From positions 172,360,001 through 172,424,000 of the forward strand of contig OZ024740.1 of the NCBI GenBank assembly GCA_964016885.1: a stretch of 64,000 nt of DNA. Direction: 5' to 3'. Position 1 is the stretch's first letter. Each line of letters opens with the position of its first letter. The stretch comes from Eledone cirrhosa. Its lineage: Eukaryota. Shown one piece after another: positions 54,746-64,000 of the stretch. A program made the translations under genes and the position numbers. The notes beneath the pieces are model-generated. The model worked only from the letters and a program-made list of their open reading frames with translations, was not told the DNA's origin and made no database searches.

Positions 54746-55135
54746 ATATCCAGTGCTTTTATCGAGAATGACACAGCTAGAGACTTATAGAATACTTAGC
54801 TGTGTACAGGAACTGGTTTGAAAGAGCGGTTGCCGGTCCGGCAGAAATTAGAAATTGGAATAAATGCTCTGAAATGCTTTTATCGAGAATCTAATTGTAA
54901 TACGTGACGTATTCTATTCTATAGCGATTAGGTCTTCAAAATGTTTATTATAAACATACAGAATATTTTCGAATATTCTATGTCTATATTCACATATATA
55001 TCGCTATTTCAGAGCATTTATTCCAATTTCTAATTTCTGCCGGACCGGCAACCGCTCTTTCAAACCAGTTCCTGTACACAGCTAAGTATTCTATAAGTCT
55101 CTAGCTGTGTCATTCTCGATAAAAGCACTGGATAT

Positions 55136-55178
55136 GTAGTCCTGATGATTTCTAACGAGAATGAAACGCGTAGATTAC
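55136..55178 (+). ncRNA. Type I hammerhead ribozyme
   Basis: gtagtc-CTGATGA-t-ttct-aacg-agaa-t-GAAA-cgc-GTA-gattac. Palindromic helix III ACGCGT; predicted cleavage after 55172. Confidence 0.82.
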
Positions 55179-55445
55179 TTCCCTTGCTTTTATCGAGAAT
55201 CTAATTGTAATACGTGACGTATTCTATTCTATAGCGATTAGGTCTTCAAAATGTTTATTATAAACATACAGAATATTTTCGAATATTCTATGTCTATATT
55301 CACATATATATCGCTATTTCAGAGCATTTATTCCAATTTCTAATTTCTGCCGGACCGGCAACCGCTCTTTCAAACCAGTTCCTGTACACAGCTAAGTATT
55401 CTATAAGTCTCTAGCTGTGTCATTCTCGATAAAAGCACTGGATAT

Positions 55446-55488
55446 GTAGTCCTGATGATTTCTAACGAGAATGAAACGCGTAGATTAC
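55446..55488 (+). ncRNA. Type I hammerhead ribozyme (tandem copy 2)
   Basis: Identical to 55136-55178. Confidence 0.82.
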
Positions 55489-55755
55489 TTCCCTTGCTTT
55501 TATCGAGAATCTAATTGTAATACGTGACGTATTCTATTCTATAGCGATTAGGTCTTCAAAATGTTTATTATAAACATACAGAATATTTTCGAATATTCTA
55601 TGTCTATATTCACATATATATCGCTATTTCAGAGCATTTATTCCAATTTCTAATTTCTGCCGGACCGGCAACCGCTCTTTCAAACCAGTTCCTGTACACA
55701 GCTAAGTATTCTATAAGTCTCTAGCTGTGTCATTCTCGATAAAAGCACTGGATAT

Positions 55756-55798
55756 GTAGTCCTGATGATTTCTAACGAGAATGAAACGCGTAGATTAC
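55756..55798 (+). ncRNA. Type I hammerhead ribozyme (tandem copy 3)
   Basis: Identical to 55136-55178. Confidence 0.82.
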
Positions 55799-55923
55799 TT
55801 CCCTTGCTTTTATCGAGAATCTAATTGTAATACGTGACGTATTCTATTCTATAGCGATTAGGTCTTCAAAATGTTTATTATAAACATACAGAATATTTTC
55901 GAATATTCTATGTCTATATTCAC

Positions 55924-55954
<31 letters not shown>

Positions 55955-55994
55955 TATATATAAAAAAATAAAATTTATACATATATATATATAT

Positions 55995-56396
55995 AGAGTT
56001 ATAAACTCAAATAGTCTTTTACAATTAAATAGCTCAAAGAAAGGAATATTTCTGAGCCGTGTAATACAAATGAATATATGATAGGGATAAACACTGATAC
56101 AATATACATGTGTTCGCATTGCAAATGACCAAGTTTCTGGATACCTGCAGAAGAGCACAGGAATAGGGACTTTCACTTAATTGTTGCGAAACAAATTTAA
56201 AATTTAAAATTTTTCCAGGTATCACGGCTATTGCCAATATAGGTTTGTTTTTATTGATTTATTATTTTAAATCGAGACCTGCAAACCGTATTATTTTAAT
56301 TAGTATTTTTCAATCTAGCTAACTTGGTCATTTGCAATGCGAACACATGCATACTTGTATCTGTGTTTATCCCTATCATATATTCAGTTGTATTAC

Positions 56397-56400
<4 letters not shown>
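55995..56400. mobile_element. Element with inverted arms and a CAGAAGA-core hammerhead-like fold (56140-56223, +)
   Basis: Arms at about 56060-56135 and 56321-56396. Fold: gatacctg-CAGAAGA-gcacag...ttgttgc-GAAA-caaattt...aaatttt-TC-caggtatc, with a perfect 8-bp helix I. Confidence 0.55.
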
Positions 56401-56490
<90 letters not shown>

Positions 56491-56493
<3 letters not shown>

Positions 56494-56750
56494 ACATAAG
56501 AAACGGAGAATAACATTTATTAGACATATTACAGTCGTTTCTCTGGCGACCAGCTCGAGGCACGATCGATGCAATGATCGAACCTGACTCTGAAATCGCA
56601 AGGTCCTCAGATACGTCTCGATTCTACGAAGCAGAGTCAGGTTTGATCATTGCATCGATCGTGCCTCGAGCTCGTCACCAGAGAAACGATTGTAATATGT
56701 CTAATAAATTTTATTCGTCGCACCACTGATTCCCGGTTTCTTATGTGATA
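56491..56750. mobile_element. Fold-back element with hammerhead at 56523-56617 (-)
   Basis: Minus strand: gacgtat-CTGAGGA-[long branched helix II]-GAAA-cgact-GTA-atatgtc. Arms at about 56510-56592 and 56632-56715 are inverted. Confidence 0.7.
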
Positions 56751-56827
56751 TTATACTCTGCTCTGTAAGAGCATCGAGTTCTCAAACGGCATACCGCATA
56801 CGGACGCTTTAAGCATCCCACACCAAT

Positions 56828-56941
<114 letters not shown>

Positions 56942-57430
56942 ATATAAGTACAAACATAGCGTGTAAACGTATACGTATACAAGTGTACAACGACTAGTAC
57001 ACTATGTACACATACACACACAAAACATATACATTTGAGCGTGTGTGTGAGTGTGTGTTTGTATGAGTACAAATTATGTCAGTAATTTATGGTTTATACA
57101 TTTATATACATATATATATTTATTACTTTTTGTTATGTTTTTTCTTAATTTCCATTGCTTGTGTCGTGTTAGTTTATCAAGATAAAACTCACGCCACCAT
57201 ATCAGGGTGTGTCTCGGGATTAGGCCAAACTTTGTTATCATCAATAACAAATGAAATAGCTACTGTAACCAAAGCAACCATTTCATCAACATGAACTCAT
57301 GTCAAACGACAACCGCCTTTACGCACTATATTGAAAACATTGCCTAATATACTCACACAAACGCACGAATATTCTCATACACACATACATACGCATGTAC
57401 ATGATATTTACAGGCCTACACACACGCACA

Positions 57431-57505
<75 letters not shown>

Positions 57506-57532
57506 GTCAGTGTGTGTGTATGTGTTTATGTG

Positions 57533-57571
<39 letters not shown>

Positions 57572-58114
57572 GCGCGCGCGCACACACATATATATATATG
57601 ATTTTATATATATATATATATATATATAAACATACATGCATGCATACATACATACATACATACATACATACATACATACATACATGCATACATACTTGTT
57701 TCCGTGTGTATATAGATATTTGTATGCGAATCTGTTCATGTGTGTGTGTCCTCGCTTGGCAATCATGTAGTTTGCGTTCGATTCAAATGTGAGGCACCTT
57801 AGCCATATGGCTCTTTCCTTAACCATGGGTTAAGATTTAGTTGCCTGGATCTTTGTTTTCTACTAGCGCTGGGGGATGACCAATGCCTTGTGAATGACAT
57901 TTAGTAGATGAAAACTACAGAAGTTTATCAGTTTAACGAAGCTAATCGTATAAAATCCATTGAGCTCTGATCTGTTACCTACGCACACAATGATTTTACA
58001 AGAATCGTATGTTTTTAATATGAACTTATAATTCAGTGAACACTTTGCGTTGATTAGTAAATAAATCGGCTTCGTGTGGGTTTAATGTGTAAACCCGGAC
58101 TATACAGTTTCTAC

Positions 58115-58206
<92 letters not shown>

Positions 58207-58296
58207 TGTGTGTATGATGTACGAATGTATGTATGTTTGTATGTATGAATGTATGTAAGTATGTATGTATGTATGTATGTATGTATGTATGTATGA

Positions 58297-59375
58297 TTGC
58301 TTTATATCTGGAGATCTCTCTGCACTTGTCGTCACATGGTACCATGGGCCCAGCACTATGTGTCAATAATTGTCACAAGTGTAGTGTTTGTACCAGAGTT
58401 TTCAAGTCGCTGGCTGGACTAAAAAGTCACACTCGTTCAGCGCATTGGTAGGGGTTCTCCTACATGGATATAAAGTAGTGGCCGTACTAAAAAACGAGTT
58501 GGCAGCCACCATGTATGTATGTATGTATGTATGTATGTATGTATGTATGTATGTATGTATGTTATGTCAGGTCACCACTTGGTGCTACTGGTAACATGTA
58601 TCCCAGTACAACCTGTCTCATGGTCGGGTCGTTGGCGACTAAACTGGCAACCCCACCAAGGTTTCTTGGTGAGGTGGGTGACTTTGGACATCCTGCAGGA
58701 CTAAAAACAAAACCTGTCAAAGGGCAAAGGAGCTCTTAAGAGTCAATGGCCATCCAAAATCACTGGGAGAGATGACCCCTTAGCCTTTGTCAAGGCAGAA
58801 TTCTAGGAGAAGGAAAACTCTGATATAACACCTGCAACCCTGATGGTATCCGATGATGTTGACTTGTTCTTCTTTTTGGTAAATATCATCTTGGTTAAGA
58901 GAGTGGGACTGGCTTTGTGCAGTGCCTTTGCTCACTATAAAAGCTTCACGGCACAGGCATTGCTTTATATCTGGAGATCTCTCTGCACTTGCCGTCACAT
59001 GGTACCATGGGCCCAGCACTGTGTGTCAATAATTGTCACAAGTGTAGTGTTTGTACCAGAGTTTTCAAGTCGCTGGCTGGACTAAAAAGTACAACTCGTT
59101 CAGCGCATCGGTAGGGGTTCTCCTACATGGATATAAAGTAGTGGCCGTACTCGAAAACGAGTTGGCAGCCACCACCATGTATGTATGTATGACAGGTCGC
59201 CCTCGAGTACTACTGGTAACATGTAACCCAGTACAACCTGTCTCATGGTCAGGTCGTCGGCGACTAAACTGGCAACCACACGAAGCTTGCTTGGAGAGGA
59301 GGGTGATACAAGACTCGGCAAAAGGCGGAGGAACTCTGCAGAGTCAAATAGTAGGTGTTTTTTCTTTTTTCTTTT
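58297..59375 (+). mobile_element. Tandem cluster of the bipartite RTE-derived element (3' part, full copy 58565-59177, variant 5' part)
   Basis: Near-identity to 21478-22075; copies are separated by (TATG)n. Confidence 0.7.
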
Positions 59376-59388
59376 TTCTTCACCAATT

Positions 59389-59688
<300 letters not shown>

Positions 59689-59779
59689 ATGTGTCTCTGT
59701 GTGTTTGTGTTTGTGTACGAACGTATGTATGTATGAATGTATGTATGTATGCACACATCTTAAACGTGATTCTGTTGCG

Positions 59780-60165
59780 CCTTATTGTCAAGAGAAGTGG
59801 ATGCCATCCATATACTCACTTCATGTACTCTGCCGTTGAGATACAGACAGCATATATGGCACATTCAATAATATCATAGGCTTCGAAATTGAATATCCCA
59901 ACGACACTGGATCTTTCCCTCTGCTGGAAATTTAACGCGAAATCACAGAGGAATGAGTCATGAACAGCAATTTCTACAGGAAAGCTGCCTTCGTGGGAAT
60001 GTTTGTGCATTACAGATCATCTTTACCATTCAATACCAAACCCGCCTACATACAGAACATAATAAATACAAAAACCAATGTAGTAAGGAATAAAACCGTC
60101 AACATTAACTTGTTCCAAATGGTACTAAAGAATATTGACTATCCAACATCCTTTATCTGAAACTG
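59780..60165 (+). mobile_element. Decayed PLE RT C-terminal fragment
   Basis: FYRKAAFVGMFVHYRSSLPFNTK...LKNIDYPTSFI resembles the PLE YRKPT...H..S..P...K...NGYP..FI region. Confidence 0.6.
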
Positions 60166-60984
60166 GCATAGTCAATCAATAATCAAGTTCTCGCAAATAG
60201 TGCAGCCAGTTGCTGGAGTGTCACTCTAGGCATTTGACTGGATGTGTGTCGTGACATTTCAGTTGACTTTAGAATTACTTCTCTCTATGCGTTCAGGTCA
60301 ACATTACATTTAGACTGACAGCAGAAGCAGTCACTGGAGTGTAGCTGAAAACTCTTCCTGAGCCAGAAGTAGTATATCATCGTAAACTCACTTCGGTCAC
60401 GAATGGCCATGGGTTTGCACCTAGAAAGCTCTCGTCCGAAGTACAAGCCCCGGCAACGTGATTTTGTGGAAGACCAACAGTCACCAATGCATACCAGTCT
60501 CCCTTCACCACGCCATTCATGTTGACCAAGGGAAAAGCAATGACGGACACAGCTTAGTACCAGTGACCTTGCAGCTGAGTAAACTGGAGCAACGTGAAAT
60601 AAAGTACCTTGATTATGGACACAACACCCTCCCCCTCCCCGTCAAGAAATCGAACTTACTATCTCACGATTGTGAGCCCAACGCTCTAACCATTAAGCCA
60701 CACTTTATTGTGAGTCAAGAGCTAATCAGTCACTAAGGATGCCTCTGCTAGACATCAATGTATACTCTTATTTGAACACCGCGGTTTTCAGACAATGTTT
60801 CTTTAAATACAGGATAACTGTACGTCTTCAAATCACTACACTCTATTTTCAAAGGGACATTAGATAATACTATGCTCAGTATTGAAACAACAGCCTAGTG
60901 TTAAATCTCAAAGATAGCTTAACACCTTCAAGACCGACAACTCCTTCATAAAACTGTAATAATTCAATGATAGGGTGACAGTAA

Positions 60985-61370
60985 AGTGGTGGATTGGCAG
61001 AGCGTCGGATAAATGCTTTGTAGTATTTGTTCTGGTGCTATTGAGTTCAAATCTCGCCAAGATTAACTTTTATCCGAGGTCGATAAAATAAAATACCAGT
61101 CAAGTACCGGTGAAATATATAATCGAGTTCCCCCAACCCCTGCCAAAGGAAATTCCATGCTTGTACCTCCGTTAGAAACTATTATTAAGATACAAATCCC
61201 GCCGAGGTTAACTTTGCCTTTCATCCTTACGGGGTCGATAAAATAAAGTACCAGTAATGCACTGTGTTAATTGCTGGCCTTGTGCCAAAAGTAGAAACAA
61301 TTATTAAGATAATTATATTTCCACTCCTACAAAATTGGTGGCCTTGTGCCTAAATTACAAACCATTATTG
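60985..61370 (+). mobile_element. Dominant SINE cluster
   Basis: One degenerate copy, one well-conserved core (61194-61305) and a tail fragment. Confidence 0.8.
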
Positions 61371-61398
61371 TTACTACTTTATAATATATATATATATA

Positions 61399-61433
<35 letters not shown>

Positions 61434-61677
61434 TCGGAAAAGATTGTTTTATGCTGGGCGCACAGGCATTAGGATGTGTGTTTTCCTGCCAGTTACATAT
61501 CAAATATATCGATTTTCATCTGAGGAAACCGTTCTCATAATCAACAGCAAATACATGAAGGACATCTCGATTGCATGGAGAACCGGGGAAATAATTATTA
61601 TGCTTAAACGATATATGTAACCTCACCATCTTATTTTGTTATTTATATATATATATATATATATATATTTGTTTCAG

Positions 61678-61790
61678 TAGTCATATTTGGATTGAATGCT
61701 TTCGCAGCAACAACTGAGCGCAGCTCGGTGTCTCTTGGGTACATGTTCTGTTTTGTTTTGGTCTTGTATTTTCTCTTGTATCGAAAGTAG
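61678..61790 (+). CDS. Candidate terminal coding exon with a hydrophobic C-terminus (GPI-signal or tail-anchor-like)
   Basis: Acceptor-like tttgtttcag at 61668-61677, then ta-VIFGLNAFAATTERSSVSLGYMFCFVLVLYFLLYRK-stop. No upstream exons identified. Confidence 0.3.
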
Positions 61791-61934
61791 TCTGCATAAT
61801 ATGTGGGCAGTGCCTTGTAGTACCAATTCCTCTCTGTTACAGATGTTTTCACTTATTTATATATGATAATTTCTCCATTTTTCCCGGAGATAAAATTAAC
61901 GTAATTTTTTTCCATTTCTTTTAGAATTAAAATA

Positions 61935-62300
61935 TCGGCAGTATCGGTAGACCGTCGAACAATATGCTTTGCAGCATAGAGTTACGTCACTTTACGTTAT
62001 GAGTTCAAATCTCGTCGTGGTTAGCTTTCCCCTCTCCCCAAATTGCTGGCCTTGTGCCTATCGTAGATAGTATCATTACTATTATTGAGGTGGATTGGCA
62101 GTATCGCGTCGGACACCATGCTTTGTAGCATAGAGTTATGGCCCTTTACGTTCTGAGTTCAAATCCCACCGAGGTTAGCTTTACCTTTCATCCTTTTGAG
62201 GTCGATAAAATAAATTACCAGTCACGCACTGGGTCAATTTAATCGACTTTCACCTCTCTTTCAAGTTGTTGGCCTTGCGCCTATTGTAGAAACAATTATT
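61935..62300 (+). mobile_element. Two dominant SINE copies
   Basis: Heads near 61937 and 62090; the first copy is internally deleted. Confidence 0.85.
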
Positions 62301-62682
62301 ATTGACGACTGGCATGGGAAGATGTGTTACTGAGAGCTCCTGAAAATGTATTTATGTTAGGTTGTTTGAATTGTAATATGCGGAAATATATTTGCTGTTA
62401 ACTGTGAATGGGGTGCCATACATTGCTTTCTGAAAAGTCTAGTCTAGTCTAAGTCTAGAGCCTGTCTTAAGCCAGGGAGCTCGTGAAGCCGGTGCTTTTC
62501 TCGGTTTTATCGATCTTCTTTTGTTGAACCATTATGTTACGTGAAATAAACACAAGCTGTGGCACATACGTAAACATACAAACGGACAGGGACACACATA
62601 TACACACATACGCATATTCATGCACATAAACGCACATACACGCGCACTTACACACACACACACGCACACACACGCACACACG

Positions 62683-62769
<87 letters not shown>

Positions 62770-62942
62770 GCGCTTCCGCATTTTCCGGATCCCAAATTTG
62801 ACTCAAAATGCATTGATCAACTTGGAGTTATAGTAGAAGACACACTCAACATAGTATGCAGTGGGACTGAACCCGAAACCACAGGATTGCAAAGCGAACC
62901 CCTTAACTACACAACTAATATCTCATTATTTATCTTATATAG

Positions 62943-63340
62943 GGCGGTGGATTGGCAGTATCGGTAGAGCGTCGGACACCATACTTTGCAGCATAGAGTT
63001 ACGGCCCTTTACGGTCTGAGTTCAAATCCCGCTGAGGTTAACTTTGCCTTTCATCCTTACGGGGTCGATAAAATAAAACACCAGTAATGTACTGGGGTCG
63101 ATGTAATCGACTTTCCCCTCCCCCCAAAAATCAAATTACTGGCCTTGTGCCTATACTAGAAATCATTCAGTACTGGTAGAGGGTCAGACATGCTTTCCAG
63201 CGTAGTTACGTCCCTTTACGATGTGAGTTCAAATCCCGCCGAGATTAACTTTGCCTTTCATCCTTACGTGGTCGATAAAATAAAGTACCAGTAATGTACT
63301 GGCTAATTGTTGGCCTTGTGCCAAAAGTAGAAACAATTAT
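62943..63340 (+). mobile_element. Two tandem dominant SINE copies, the first full length
   Basis: ggcggtggattggcagtatcggtagagcgtcgg...gagttcaaatcccg...core...tail. Confidence 0.9.
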
Positions 63341-64000
63341 TTATCTTATATATATTTAACTGACATTAACAAAGTTCCAGCTTCTGCTAGTTCTAACCCC
63401 CTCCCCCCCAAAAAAAAACCATATGCAACCCTCCGGTTGCAGATTTCCAATTTTGTTGTTGTTGTTATTGTTGTTGCTCTGAACAAACATCAGAAGTCTT
63501 CCAACAATGACCACCCCGCCTTTTCAAGCATTGTTTAGCGCCAATCTACATCATCTAATGGGTCATTTTAAACTCTTCCGTTACCATATATTTTATAAAA
63601 GACGCTGCCAATATTTTTTGAATAATCAGGAATTTAAAGGGGTTTAGTAATATAATTAACTTTTTAATTTGGTGCTTGGATCATAATTAAACAACGATTC
63701 TTACATAAAATTAGGATGAAAGGTTTTCAGATACACATAAGCAATTTAAAATAAAAACGTTTTTCACAGTACTGGGGACGTCTTCAGGTGTTTTGGTACT
63801 AAAAGTATTAAAAGACAGTGAGGAAAGTAGATTTAACTGCTTTTTTGTAGCAACCCGAGTCACCACGTAAAGCTATCCCTGGTTTAGTGGTTCAGTTTGC
63901 TTCGCAATCATGAGGTTCCGTGTTTGATCCATTGTGTGATATTATGGGCAACTGTTTTCACCATAGCCTCGGGTTAACCCAAACATTATGAATGAAATTG

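Larger units (their letters stand above)
54544..55930. mobile_element. Retrozyme-like element: 310-bp unit, one inverted copy plus about 3.4 tandem copies
   Basis: tgcttttatcgagaatctaatt at 54875, 55185, 55495 and 55805 (period 310). 54544-54875 is a reverse-complement unit with a 22-bp redundancy. (TA)n on both sides. Confidence 0.92.

Noticed and set aside
62943-63030. tRNA gene
   Set aside because: A/B-box-like SINE head without a complete cloverleaf; part of a multi-copy SINE.

Overview
AT-rich, microsatellite-dense eukaryotic DNA made almost entirely of repeats. The dominant tRNA-type SINE and the repeat landscape resemble an octopus/coleoid cephalopod genome (inference). No multi-exon host gene can be supported; there is one candidate terminal exon at 61678-61790. 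Decayed mobile elements include a near-full-length RTE-group LINE (34058-37365), a Penelope-like element (PLE) with RT, GIY-YIG and a 3' hammerhead (about 38880-42060), a Tx1/L1-type remnant, two R4/Dong-like RLE LINE fragments in (CATA)n, a Vingi/Ingi-like tail, a Helitron 3' end, a Tc1/mariner-type MITE and many SINE copies. The most striking feature is a set of apparently unrelated small non-coding elements inserted in (TA)n tracts that carry hand-foldable type I hammerhead ribozymes. Three have measurable repeat units of 310, 425 and 467 bp that read past their own start point and then invert. This fits PLE-mobilised, retrozyme-like circular RNAs. Other families are folded back at the hammerhead helix II or share a CAGAAGA core variant. 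All ribozyme folds were done by eye and none is tested.
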